From a virus (taxonomy: Duplodnaviria > Caudoviricetes), in IMG/VR virus record IMGVR_UViG_3300021256_002823, positions 1,646 through 65,645 of that record: a stretch of DNA of 64,000 nt. The stretch is one strand, 5' to 3'. The position numbers and the translations under genes were made by a program. The notes under the pieces are model-generated. The model was not told where the DNA came from and did not search any database. It saw nothing but the letters and a program-made list of their open reading frames with translations. Numbering within the stretch: position 1 is the stretch's first letter; each line of letters starts with the position of its first letter. Positions 20,040 to 29,455 of this stretch are shown here, in pieces.

Positions 20040-21894
20040 AACCCCGCAGTCCTCCTTCCATGATTCCTTTCAGGATTTCTGTCTCTTCCGCACTGGACCG
20101 GTTCTTCATCGTGCAAAGATACTCCACCACCATCGGCTTAATGGCCTGTGCGGCAATCCTCCGGTAACGCCATCCATCTTTATCTTCAAAGTGCTGTTTC
20201 AGCCGCATATGCTCGCTTACCATTCCATGCAGAAGGGCTTTCGTATAGATCTCATATCTGCATCCGATGCAACTCCCCCGGGTCTGGTCTGCGCATGGAT
20301 ATCCACAGGCTGTCATCAGGCAAAGGGCATCATGCTCCCTTGCGGCAGCTTCCCCGGCTGCTATTCTCTGAAGGACATCCGCAAGCGTTTCCTTATGGCT
20401 TATTACACTTCCTATCGTTTCCCTGGCGCGGAGAAGGGCAGCCTGGTTTACCCGGACAAGTTCCTCGATAGCATAAGGTTTCATGCCGATTGCCCTGATC
20501 AGTTCCGTCTGTTCGTGAACCCCTGTCATCCGGTAATTCTTTCCCCCGTACATTGAAAGCAGAAGATGTGGGATAAATCCGAATACACCTCTTTCAAACA
20601 TCTCCCGGGCTATGAACTGTGGGGAATATCCAGTAAATGCCGCATCCTTCAGATAGGTTTCCGTTGCAGCCGGAAATGAAGCTATGCCCCCTTTGTGGCT
20701 CCTTGCCAGGGCCGCCAGCATGTAACCCTTCGGTTTCCCGTCCCCCCTGGCATCGGCAGCCATCTCCAGTCCCTGCAGGTATGATTTATTGGCCCTGTTT
20801 GTGGAAAACCGTTTCCCTCCCAGCGCCTCCGCAAAGTCCTTCCCAAAAAAGTTCCGTATCCTTACAAGACCGGTATCAGACTGAAGGAATCCCTGGCCGG
20901 CCTGTATGTCCTCCCGGAAACTGGCGGCAACTGCAAGGATCAGGCCGACCGGCTCCTCAAGGCTTACAGGGATCGGCACTTTCAATTCCGGCACATGCCG
21001 GGATCGTTTCGTCTTGTTTGGAAAAAGCGGCTTCAGCTTCAGCCGGATCTTCAGTTCACGCGCGACATCACCGGTTTCCATTGGCTCCCCTGAAAGCAGC
21101 CGCCTCCTGAATTCTTCCCCTGGGCAGGGGAGCCCCGGCTTTGGCAGCCTCTCTATGTCTGTCCCACGCAATGCGCATACGAAATGCAGAGATATATAGG
21201 CCCACAGGTTTGCATAAGCGGGAGAACTGCAGGCTTTCTCCAGCATGGACTGCTTTGTCCAGTTCTCCTCGTTGAAAGCGCAGTACTGCATGCGGGCAAA
21301 ATCCCGGAACGGGTATGCACAGATCCCTTCTTTTTTTGAGCGGTATGCAAACCGGTAGATCCATCCGTCACCTTTCCTTACCTTTTTCTCGTAAAAATCC
21401 GCGAAAAGCTCACATGCTGACAGGGAGGCCTCCCGGTCCATCACAGAAACGAATGCTTCGACCTGCGCCGGCGGCATGCCCAGGATCTCGCGTTCAAGAT
21501 GGCTGAGGAGGTAATCAAGCAGCCTCCAACAGGCTGTCTCATCTTCCAGGCCGTTTTCTTTTACAAAACTGACAAAGGTTCTGGTAGTCACCGGGTAAGT
21601 TTTCCTCCCGTATTCAGCCAGGACCATCAGTTTTTCGCGGTCGCTTTTTTTGTACGCTTTCAGCCACATATCGAGATGACCCAGTTGCGCAAAGACATCT
21701 GCTTCCTCAGCCAGCAGACTATCCTGAGCGGGCGTCTTATCTGCCATAAACGGTGCAATGCTTTCTGAACAGCCAAACCAGCCGTTCATCTCCAGGAAGT
21801 CTGTAAGCCGTTGCTTGTCGTGCTTGTTTCCTCTGTAGAGGGAACCTTCCGCCAGGGCTTTCTCCTTTACCGCCTCAAATAGATCAACCTTCAT
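19972..21894 (-). CDS. Divergent tyrosine recombinase-like protein 2
   Basis: CALRGTDI (R), KTKR, LARSH, TETYL; HxxR box degenerate; Cys-rich C-terminus. Confidence 0.65.
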   Translation of the reverse strand: MKVDLFEAVKEKALAEGSLYRGNKHDKQRLTDFLEMNGWFGCSESIAPFMADKTPAQDSLLAEEADVFAQLGHLDMWLKAYKKSDREKLMVLAEYGRKTYPVTTRTFVSFVKENGLEDETACWRLLDYLLSHLEREILGMPPAQVEAFVSVMDREASLSACELFADFYEKKVRKGDGWIYRFAYRSKKEGICAYPFRDFARMQYCAFNEENWTKQSMLEKACSSPAYANLWAYISLHFVCALRGTDIERLPKPGLPCPGEEFRRRLLSGEPMETGDVARELKIRLKLKPLFPNKTKRSRHVPELKVPIPVSLEEPVGLILAVAASFREDIQAGQGFLQSDTGLVRIRNFFGKDFAEALGGKRFSTNRANKSYLQGLEMAADARGDGKPKGYMLAALARSHKGGIASFPAATETYLKDAAFTGYSPQFIAREMFERGVFGFIPHLLLSMYGGKNYRMTGVHEQTELIRAIGMKPYAIEELVRVNQAALLRARETIGSVISHKETLADVLQRIAAGEAAAREHDALCLMTACGYPCADQTRGSCIGCRYEIYTKALLHGMVSEHMRLKQHFEDKDGWRYRRIAAQAIKPMVVEYLCTMKNRSSAEETEILKGIMEGGLRGYDCCSEQPGGAELQPVPDSGNS

Positions 21895-23194
21895 GGGGTT
21901 CCTCCACGGCATGCTTCAGGAACCATGCCAGCATTTCATTTGCTTCTTCCAGTTCCCGGATCAGGTCCCCCTTGTTCATCAGGTAGTCAAACGCGCTCTG
22001 CGGCGACAGGTCGCCACGCCAGAACTGCAGCTGGGCAATGTCCTCACCACGCAGTACCAGCTGCACAGAAAACCAATGTCGCAGCGCATGCGGCCCCAGT
22101 GTATGCTCGCAGAGCATCTGCCCATAGATCCGGAGTTCCTGGTCATCCTGCCTGAGCAAGGCAGGCCGGAAATGATTGTCAACCAGGTCGCGGAACCGGT
22201 TGGAATAGTCTTCGTAAGTCATCGCCATTCCCCGGGCGTTCACAAACATGGGGCAGTAATCCTTTTCGAAATCCCTCCCGGCCAAGTACTCCTTATGCAT
22301 CTCATACAATCTCTGGAATACCGGCAGGAAGGCCGGATATACTCCCTGTGCCCGTTCCTTTTTGATCTTCCCACAGATGACCCCATCGCTTCTCATGGCG
22401 TACTCATGCCTCAGGTCAATCTCTGCCCTGACGATCCTCCCATCTGCCCGGATGAAAAGAAGGCCCGGCCCTTTCGGGCTCCCCTCCTGCCTGACGCTGC
22501 ATACCTCACCGGGACGGAGGCCGGCAAAGGCCTGCAGGGCGATGGCAAAGGCGATATCCGGGGCAAACCGGACTGCATGGTTCAGGAGAATCTGGAATGC
22601 TTTTGTCGGAATGTCACGGAAGATATCCTTCTGCTCCGGCACCCCGGTGATCTGGAAATCCGGAACGGAGATAGTCTTAATCCCGCGTGGCGTCCGTATC
22701 TCTTTTGGGATGTACAGCTCATTCCGCTTCAGAGCCACATATCCGCCGTACTTGTAGATCAGCTTACTGAAAAACAGTGCGACCGCGTGGACACATCTTT
22801 CTATGCTGTCAGGCCCCCGGTATTTCCCGTTCACCTTCTTCTCATGCGCATAGTCCATGAAGAATGCTGTCAGCATGTCCTTTGTCACTTTGAAAACATG
22901 ATCCACCCCATAAATGTCATAGTGGTCAATGAGCACATAGTTCAGCATCATGCAGATGTAATACAGCCTCTGCTTTACGTCAGATGCCTGCTGCCGGTAT
23001 ATCTTCCCATTATGGGCACCGGTGAAACGGTGGAGCTTTGTGAACCGCACAATAACTCCATACCTGTTCTTCAGGACAATAAAGGATCTGGTATAAGCCA
23101 GACCATCCGTGGTTACCAGCCGGTGTTCGTATACTGCGTACCGGTACCCGCGTCTTACACTGTCAGCGGCTCCGATTGGGATTACCTCGCCCAT
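21884..23194 (-). CDS. Tyrosine recombinase 1
   Basis: FAGLRPGEV (R), KIKK, HALRHWF, SAFDY (Y). Confidence 0.9.
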   Translation of the reverse strand: MGEVIPIGAADSVRRGYRYAVYEHRLVTTDGLAYTRSFIVLKNRYGVIVRFTKLHRFTGAHNGKIYRQQASDVKQRLYYICMMLNYVLIDHYDIYGVDHVFKVTKDMLTAFFMDYAHEKKVNGKYRGPDSIERCVHAVALFFSKLIYKYGGYVALKRNELYIPKEIRTPRGIKTISVPDFQITGVPEQKDIFRDIPTKAFQILLNHAVRFAPDIAFAIALQAFAGLRPGEVCSVRQEGSPKGPGLLFIRADGRIVRAEIDLRHEYAMRSDGVICGKIKKERAQGVYPAFLPVFQRLYEMHKEYLAGRDFEKDYCPMFVNARGMAMTYEDYSNRFRDLVDNHFRPALLRQDDQELRIYGQMLCEHTLGPHALRHWFSVQLVLRGEDIAQLQFWRGDLSPQSAFDYLMNKGDLIRELEEANEMLAWFLKHAVEEPHEG

Positions 23195-23356
23195 CTTTCA
23201 TCACTCCCTTCATGGAGAGCGATTATACTGGAAAAATCCGCAAATGTAAGGGCTGGTATTTACAGCCTGATTAAACTAACGTGGGGCATTATCGCTTCGG
23301 TTACGAACCACCAGCCCGGCTCGCCGGTTCTCCTCACCCCCGGTGGTGCATCCCTG

Positions 23357-23540
23357 ATGAACAAAACTCCCCTCTGATTTTCCTGATCTGATCTCCCCGA
23401 AATGAACAAAATCCATTTGTTCATCTTTTCATTCTGTTCATTTCACAGATCTTATGAACAAAACCCGGAAGCCGCATAGACAAAGGAAAAACCGGGGTAA
23501 GACACCCGGTCCTGGTTTTGTTCAGAAATTTTTGGTTCAT
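23357..23540. repeat. Seven copies of the ATGAACAAAA-type end motif at the right end of the insertion
   Basis: Copies at 23357, 23402, 23415, 23432, 23454, 23516 and 23531 in both orientations. Confidence 0.85.
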
Positions 23541-23544
23541 TTAC

Positions 23545-23556
23545 TCTATCGGCCAT
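23545..23556 (-). pseudogene. Original 5' end (MADR) of the tape measure gene
   Basis: GGAAGGAGGAGTCTTTC-ATG GCC GAT AGA at the canonical position after the tail chaperone genes. Confidence 0.8.
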
Positions 23557-23577
23557 GAAAGACTCCTCCTTCCGTCA

Positions 23578-23742
23578 TTAGAATCGATCCATTTGTTCCT
23601 GGGTCGCGACTTCTGCGTAATCGTAGTCGTCGTTACTCATTTCGCTGTACATATCATTGACCGTGCCGATGGTAAGCAGATCGAGCTCCGAGATTGAAAG
23701 CCCGATCTGTACACATCGTAGTAAAAAAAGCGGTGTAGTCAT
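23578..23742 (-). CDS. Small tail chaperone (gpT-like), 54 aa, absent from the ORF track
   Basis: MTTPLFLLRCVQIGLSISELDLLTIGTVNDMY...; in the -1 frame of the upstream chaperone. Confidence 0.8.
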   Translation of the reverse strand: MTTPLFLLRCVQIGLSISELDLLTIGTVNDMYSEMSNDDYDYAEVATQEQMDRF

Positions 23743-24119
23743 TTGCCGCTCAGTGTTTTGATGTTTTTTTTAGATTGAACCTGCTGTTCCACGTTCATAC
23801 CCCACAACGTAATGATCTGCGGGAGAATTTCATAAATTGAGAAGGTGTTAAATTCCTCAAGCCATTCATCTGGCGTATCCGGAACATTCTCAGGATCTGC
23901 GTGCCTTGCCATGAGCCAGGCGATGTTCTCAAAAAGCTCCAAACTAAAAGTATCCAGATTGGAGCTTTCCGGATCATTCTCATCAATACCCTTCTGCAGT
24001 TCATTCAGATCTTTGTAGATGTCTCGCCTGAACTTGTTTCTGTATAGACGTGGTATAGCGGCAGAGGCGCGAAATACCACGTCATTTCCATCGATTGATA
24101 TTGTTTTTGTTACTGCCAT
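23739..24119 (-). CDS. Tail assembly chaperone (gpG-like)
   Basis: Follows the major tail protein; A AAA AAC slippery site near the end. Confidence 0.8.
   Translation of the reverse strand: MAVTKTISIDGNDVVFRASAAIPRLYRNKFRRDIYKDLNELQKGIDENDPESSNLDTFSLELFENIAWLMARHADPENVPDTPDEWLEEFNTFSIYEILPQIITLWGMNVEQQVQSKKNIKTLSGK
23763..23769 (-). other. Predicted -1 ribosomal frameshift heptamer A AAA AAC
   Basis: The -1 frame reads HQNTERQ straight into MTTPLFLL. Confidence 0.7.
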
Positions 24120-24131
24120 AATTTTGCCTCC

Positions 24132-24743
24132 TTACTCAGTAGGCGTCTCAGACTCGGTTTCATGCGTTTCCGTACCGGTACTTGCGGTGGGCTGATATAC
24201 AGCGTCATACCAGGCGTTATAAACAGCATCACTGGTGTTGGTTCCGGTCTTCACTTTTACCAGTCCAGAAGGCAGCGGAGAAGCTGTAATGGACAGAGTC
24301 TCCGTCTGTACTTCAGTAGACTCCTCTTTTGTGCTACCGGAAACCGAAGGACGGGTCGCGCTGCAGTAATACATGCAGTGACGAATCTTTCTCTGATCTC
24401 CTGAGAATTCAAAAAGCAATGCAAAGTGCTCAGGTTCCACATCCTTGTTCTCGGCAATGACGCCATTGGCGTCCTCAGTCTCACGCAGCACATCCGTGAG
24501 AAAGCTCTCTGGAATGAGCGCAAGCTCAAAGTCTCCAGAATATCCATTGTTGTTGGAGACCATGTAGTACACAGAGTCATCCGCATAAAAAGGTTCATTT
24601 TCGCCTTCCGCTTCAAGCGAAAGCGATACGGCACCAGGCATCGCAACCGGTGTGCCGAAGGTGACCGTTCCGTCATCGGCCAGATTAACCAGCGCGTAGT
24701 GGCAGTTTTTCAAGCCGAACTTGACCTTATTCTTCTTAGGCAT
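24132..24743 (-). CDS. Major tail protein (phi13-like)
   Basis: KVKFGLKNCHYA, PGAVSLSL, FYADD motifs. Confidence 0.9.
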   Translation of the reverse strand: MPKKNKVKFGLKNCHYALVNLADDGTVTFGTPVAMPGAVSLSLEAEGENEPFYADDSVYYMVSNNNGYSGDFELALIPESFLTDVLRETEDANGVIAENKDVEPEHFALLFEFSGDQRKIRHCMYYCSATRPSVSGSTKEESTEVQTETLSITASPLPSGLVKVKTGTNTSDAVYNAWYDAVYQPTASTGTETHETESETPTE

Positions 24744-25074
24744 TTTCATATCCTCCTATTATTTGTGTCTGATATAAAACTTCGTACATCTTCTCTGCAT
24801 CGATCCACACCTCGGATTTCTCCCAGGGCAGTTCATGTGCAAGAAGTGCTGCTTCGATCTTTGCTTCCGACACCGGGTCCTTCTTATCCGTGTAGAGCTC
24901 GACATTCAGCTGATCGACCTTTTTATAAACAGTGTCATCAGCAAACACGTTATCGCTCCCAGGGAACAGGAACACGATAAAAGGCGGGTCCGGAGACTCG
25001 CCTTCAGCAAAGTGATCATATGCCAGGGGAAACCCTGGTTCATTTAGCATCGATACTATTTCTTCGTATGTCAC
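24736..25074 (-). CDS. Tail completion/terminator protein
   Basis: AYDHFAEGESPDPPF...VELYTDKKD; neck gene order. Confidence 0.75.
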   Translation of the reverse strand: MTYEEIVSMLNEPGFPLAYDHFAEGESPDPPFIVFLFPGSDNVFADDTVYKKVDQLNVELYTDKKDPVSEAKIEAALLAHELPWEKSEVWIDAEKMYEVLYQTQIIGGYENA

Positions 25075-25457
25075 GATCCACCTCCGAGCTTCCGCTCAAG
25101 TGTTTCCACGAGCTTTTCATTTCCGCGTTTCTCGGCAGCGGCCAAGTGTGGCCTTGCCGCAACTCTTCCGCCACCGCGCTTCGCATGCCCATGTTCAAGC
25201 AGGTGCGCAATCTGATAACGGTTCCTGGAATGGATAACAAGATCGATGCTCCCAGCGTCTTCGTGAACGTTCTTCACGGACCAGCTCTTGGCATAGGCGC
25301 CAGTCCTAACCGGTGCAGTAGCCTGGATGTCCTTGCGTACTAATTTTGCCGTATCCTTCACCGCGTCCTTTAGATCATCTGCGGCGACTTCAGCATACTT
25401 ATTCAGTTCATCCATAATGGCATCCGCCATTCCGTCGATCGGAACACTCCTGCTCAT
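25071..25457 (-). CDS. HK97 gp10-like protein
   Basis: APVRTGAY, HLLEHGH, ARPHL motifs. Confidence 0.85.
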   Translation of the reverse strand: MSRSVPIDGMADAIMDELNKYAEVAADDLKDAVKDTAKLVRKDIQATAPVRTGAYAKSWSVKNVHEDAGSIDLVIHSRNRYQIAHLLEHGHAKRGGGRVAARPHLAAAEKRGNEKLVETLERKLGGGS

Positions 25458-25789
25458 AACTTCTCCTTTTCCAGGCGACAGTTAAACTTCAAGCTGTTGT
25501 GCTTATAACCCATTGGATTTACATAGGTGATGTTGTAAATCTTTCCTTCACAGACGATCCTGTATTTCGTTGACTCCACAACGGACAGTTCTGAACACCA
25601 TCTGGTAGTAAAATCCATGGACTCTTCTGGGTTTGTTACCACACCTGAGTTTTCTGATCCGGACCCGGTCCCGACCGTAGCCCAGCAAGAAATGTAATCC
25701 GCCCAAGTATTCGTATGATTCCCATATTTATCTGTAGTAGTGGTTTGTTTTTGGAAGGTAATCCGTTCACTCATCGCGCCAATGTTCAT
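25454..25789 (-). CDS. Head closure / head-tail adaptor
   Basis: RITFQ...YRIV...YNIT pattern; gene order. Confidence 0.8.
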   Translation of the reverse strand: MNIGAMSERITFQKQTTTTDKYGNHTNTWADYISCWATVGTGSGSENSGVVTNPEESMDFTTRWCSELSVVESTKYRIVCEGKIYNITYVNPMGYKHNSLKFNCRLEKEKL

Positions 25790-26127
25790 GAGACCGCTCC
25801 TTCCCGTACCGCAAACAGGAGAGACCTAAGGGTCAATGTAAGACCGTGATGGTCAGCCTCCTCGCGGTGCTCAAAAAGGTATGCGCATGCGTAACAGATC
25901 GCTACCCTCATTGTTTCTCGAATCGCTGCAAGTTCCTTCTCAGAGTAATCGTCTGAAGAAGCCTCATCCGAATCAATAACTGTCCACTGATCATCAGTAA
26001 GCCGGGCCACATCGACACAGAGCCTTATCGCGGAAGCTAAGAGGATGCTGATCGTGGCATCCTCATCCGCCGAATCCACACGAAGATAAGCCTTCGCGTC
26101 TTCAAATGAAATCAGAGCCACGATCAT
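25786..26127 (-). CDS. Head-tail connector (gp6-like)
   Basis: AKAYLRVD...YLFEHRE. Confidence 0.85.
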   Translation of the reverse strand: MIVALISFEDAKAYLRVDSADEDATISILLASAIRLCVDVARLTDDQWTVIDSDEASSDDYSEKELAAIRETMRVAICYACAYLFEHREEADHHGLTLTLRSLLFAVREGAVS

Positions 26128-26140
26128 TCACCTCCTTGTC

Positions 26141-27358
26141 TTAAGCCTTAATGTCGAGGATCTTGATACCTTCCGGAAGAATCAGCTTGCCATCAACACG
26201 CTCGGTGCAGGTAAAGCCGACCTGACCGTTGGTAGCATAAAGCTCATTCAGGCGCTTGATCGTTCTACCGGCACGGTCAGCGATCCAGTAGCTGGAGAAG
26301 TCACCGAAAGCGATGGCTCTCGCTCCTGCTGCAACAGTAGGTACCTTCGGAGAGGTGTAAAGCTCATAGCCGAGCAGTCTGTCCGGCTGACCTGCTGTCA
26401 TAGAAGGCTGCCACATATAAGCACCGTTGGCGTCCTTCAGCTTCCTGATCAGGGAAACAGTCGCATCGTTCATAAGGAACTTAGCCTTTCCGCGATAAGG
26501 AGCCTTCAGTGAATACACGAGGCTAATCAGATCGTCGGCAGTGATGTTGCCAGTAACTTCAACACCCTGGGGAGCACCACCGGATGCTGCAGCGATGAAG
26601 AGACCAGTCGGTCTATCAATCTCAGTCTGGCCACTCTGAACCGCACCATTGATGAACGCATCTTCCTCAGCTTCACCGAAGGCACGTCCGAATTCCTCGG
26701 AGATGTAGCCCTCGATATCGAAGAAGCTGTCTGCCAGGAGCTCATCAGACACCTTGATCAGGTCTGTCAGCTTGTAGGCATTGATGCTCTTCTGAAGGAA
26801 AGACGGATCGCTCTCGGTATAGGCGCCGTTCTCAGCGGTCCAGGTAGCCTGGGTGTGTCCATTCGCTACAGGGATCTTGCGCTCATTCTGAGTGGTGATG
26901 ATCTTGCAGCCGATGGAGCGCATGATGTTGTTCTCGTCCAGAGCACGAACGAGCGTACGCTCAAATTCGATCGGCACAAGATATCCACCATTGCCATCGG
27001 TTCCTTCCTCGAGCACATCACGTACCATCGGATTACCCGGATGACGAATGTTGTCCCAGAAAGCCTTCTTGTAGGCATTGGAAGCTCTGCCTCTCTTGTC
27101 GTCGGTTTCGGAACCCGCGCCAGGCTTACCGATAATCGGCTGGGAAGTAGGCATGTCCATCATCTTGTCGATCTCTTCCTGTCTCTGAAGACGCTCGATA
27201 TCGCGAGTGAGGTCAGTGACTTCCTTCTCCATCTTTTCGTAAGTTGCTGCGTCTTCAGCGGATACATTTCCGCCGTCGGTAGAATGGGTGTCCAGGAACT
27301 GCTTCGCTGCGTTCCATGCCTTTGCCCGCTTCTCCATCAAAGTCATAATCTTGCTCAT
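26141..27358 (-). CDS. Major capsid protein, HK97 family
   Basis: GGYLVP, YMWQP, FGDFSSY, QVGF motifs. Confidence 0.93.
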   Translation of the reverse strand: MSKIMTLMEKRAKAWNAAKQFLDTHSTDGGNVSAEDAATYEKMEKEVTDLTRDIERLQRQEEIDKMMDMPTSQPIIGKPGAGSETDDKRGRASNAYKKAFWDNIRHPGNPMVRDVLEEGTDGNGGYLVPIEFERTLVRALDENNIMRSIGCKIITTQNERKIPVANGHTQATWTAENGAYTESDPSFLQKSINAYKLTDLIKVSDELLADSFFDIEGYISEEFGRAFGEAEEDAFINGAVQSGQTEIDRPTGLFIAAASGGAPQGVEVTGNITADDLISLVYSLKAPYRGKAKFLMNDATVSLIRKLKDANGAYMWQPSMTAGQPDRLLGYELYTSPKVPTVAAGARAIAFGDFSSYWIADRAGRTIKRLNELYATNGQVGFTCTERVDGKLILPEGIKILDIKA

Positions 27359-27371
27359 TTTTATATCCTCC

Positions 27372-28112
27372 TTAATGTGCGAGAAGCGAGAGCCGCTTCT
27401 CAAGCTGTTTTACCGGAATACCGGCGTCTTCTTTATCTGCTACAGGTTGCTGCATTTTAGGCGGGATCAGCCTGGATAACAGAGAGTCCGTGACGGCTTT
27501 GCGGGAGAAAAGCATCTCCACCGTTTTGTCGTCCTCCGGTTCCGGCTTTTCACCTTCCCGGAATAAAATCTCGTCTGCGAAGCCGAGCTTCACAGCTTCT
27601 TTGGCATTCATCCAAGTCTCGCCGTCCATGAGCTGAGAAATCTTATGGCGGGAAAGGCCCGTCTTTATTTCGTAGGCATTCATGATCGACTCCTTGACTT
27701 CTGCCAGCATGTTGATGGCCTTCTGCATCTCTTCGGTATCACCGATAGCGATCGTGGCCGGGTTATGGATCATGATCATGGCCAGGGGAGATACACAAAC
27801 CTTCGTGCCAGCCATCGCCACTACGGACGCTGCCGATGCAGCAAGCGCATCGATCTTGACCGTAATGTCCGACGGGTAGTCCATCAGCATGTTGTAAATC
27901 TGTGCTGCCGCAAATACGTCTCCGCCCGGCGAGTTAATCCAGACGGTGATAGGACCTTCTCCCGCCTGAAGCTCATCCTTAAAAGCCTTAGGCGTTACTT
28001 CATCGCCCCACCAGGTCTCATCTGAAATTTCCCCGTCGAGGAATAACGTGCGGCCGCTGCCGAACGCATCCTGGTCCTCGTTTCTGATCCAGTGCCAGAA
28101 CTTTCTCTTCAT
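27372..28112 (-). CDS. ClpP-like head maturation protease
   Basis: INSPGGDVF, AASAAS, MIHNP, ETWMNA. Confidence 0.92.
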   Translation of the reverse strand: MKRKFWHWIRNEDQDAFGSGRTLFLDGEISDETWWGDEVTPKAFKDELQAGEGPITVWINSPGGDVFAAAQIYNMLMDYPSDITVKIDALAASAASVVAMAGTKVCVSPLAMIMIHNPATIAIGDTEEMQKAINMLAEVKESIMNAYEIKTGLSRHKISQLMDGETWMNAKEAVKLGFADEILFREGEKPEPEDDKTVEMLFSRKAVTDSLLSRLIPPKMQQPVADKEDAGIPVKQLEKRLSLLAH

Positions 28113-29431
28113 AATGACCTCCTCTTTTTGTCACTCCGGCCATCGGATTTCTCCGGTTCCGGTTCTTTTGTTTCTTCTTTTTCACCGCTGTTCTCCTTCT
28201 GGTAAGCAGCGCCAGCGTCTGCAAGGCGGACCACGTTTCCGTTCAGAACGTGAATGAAACCACCCTCCTCTTCAGAAAGCAGATCCATATCCTCAAGGGC
28301 TCTGACGTCATTGATCGAATAGATGCCATTCTGAATGCCGGTGCTGTAACCGGTCATCCTGCTCTGATAGTCGCCGCGAAGCAGTGCATTCGCGTTAAAG
28401 CGAAAGAAGTACTCGTCCTTCTCGTTCTCCGTCAGAAGGCAGCGCTGAAGTGACTGCTCCCAGCGGAGCATCCACGGCCGCAGGGAGTAGATCACAAAGT
28501 TCAAACTCTGCTGCTCGATATTCGAGAACGTCGCATGCTCGAGGTCAGCAACCATGTGCGGAGGTACGTTGAAGATCCTGCAGATCTCGTCCACCTGGAA
28601 CTTCCTGGTCTCAAGAAACTGCGCCTGCTCCGGACTGATGCTGATCGGGCTGTAGGTCATGCCTTCTTCCAAAATGGCAACCTTGCCGGAATTGCCGCTA
28701 CCGCCGAAGCCCGTGTTCCAGGACTCACGGATTTTCTCCGGGTCCTTGACCGTGCCGGGCATTGTCAGAATGCCGGATGGATTCGCACCATTCTTGAAGA
28801 AGGTCGCTCCGTACTCCTCGGTTGCGATCGCTGCACCGATAGCGTTCTTGGCCATCGCGATCGGCGAGTAGCCCAGGATGCCGTCATAGCCGAGGCCAGG
28901 AATGTGCAGCACATCATGTTTGGAGAGTTTGACTATCGTCCCCGGCATCGTGTGCGCTTCATCCTGAGAGGTCTGGTATTCGTAATAAAGCTCGCCGCTT
29001 GCATCACGATCGATCTTCATTCGATTTGGCATCAGCGGATACAGTCCGACGATCTCTTGTTTCCCGTTCCGGACGATCTGTGCATAGGCATTGCCCCACA
29101 GGAGCAGATGTGTCATAAGCGTTTCCCGAAAAGAGAAACTCGTCATCTCCGGATTCGGTTCTCGATACAAGAGCTTGTACAGCGGATGGCCCTTTGCCTT
29201 CTCTTTACTGCCTTCACCGGTCTCTCGATAAAGCTGAAGCGGAAGCCCTGCCAGTGATTCTGATAGAACTCGGACGCAGGCATACACCGCCGAAAGCCTC
29301 ATCGACGACTGCTCATCGACAATCTTTCCTGAAGTTGTGCCGCCAAACAAAAACCGCCAGCGGCTGCCAGCGGTACTGTCCTTGGGCTTATCTCTTGACC
29401 TAAATAGTCCTGAAAATATACTCATAACCAT
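28109..29431 (-). CDS. Portal protein, HK97 family
   Basis: LLLWGNAY, LHIPGLGYDG...GYSPI, FNVPPHMV. Confidence 0.95.
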   Translation of the reverse strand: MVMSIFSGLFRSRDKPKDSTAGSRWRFLFGGTTSGKIVDEQSSMRLSAVYACVRVLSESLAGLPLQLYRETGEGSKEKAKGHPLYKLLYREPNPEMTSFSFRETLMTHLLLWGNAYAQIVRNGKQEIVGLYPLMPNRMKIDRDASGELYYEYQTSQDEAHTMPGTIVKLSKHDVLHIPGLGYDGILGYSPIAMAKNAIGAAIATEEYGATFFKNGANPSGILTMPGTVKDPEKIRESWNTGFGGSGNSGKVAILEEGMTYSPISISPEQAQFLETRKFQVDEICRIFNVPPHMVADLEHATFSNIEQQSLNFVIYSLRPWMLRWEQSLQRCLLTENEKDEYFFRFNANALLRGDYQSRMTGYSTGIQNGIYSINDVRALEDMDLLSEEEGGFIHVLNGNVVRLADAGAAYQKENSGEKEETKEPEPEKSDGRSDKKRRSL

Positions 29432-29455
29432 TCCTCCATTTCATTCAACGCCTCC

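Larger units (their letters stand above)
15589..23544 (-). mobile_element. ~8 kb element with three tyrosine recombinases inserted in the tape measure gene
   Basis: Flanks rejoin to ATG GCC GAT AG(G/A) ATC CAA GGC (MADRIQG); five overlapping genes; TGAACA(A/G)AA motif arrays at both ends. Confidence 0.88.

Noticed and set aside
21893-23377. 494-aa plus-strand ORF
   Set aside because: Antisense shadow of the tyrosine recombinase, with no recognisable motifs
15580-23560. Target-site duplication or terminal inverted repeats of an IS
   Set aside because: None visible at the junctions and no DDE transposase
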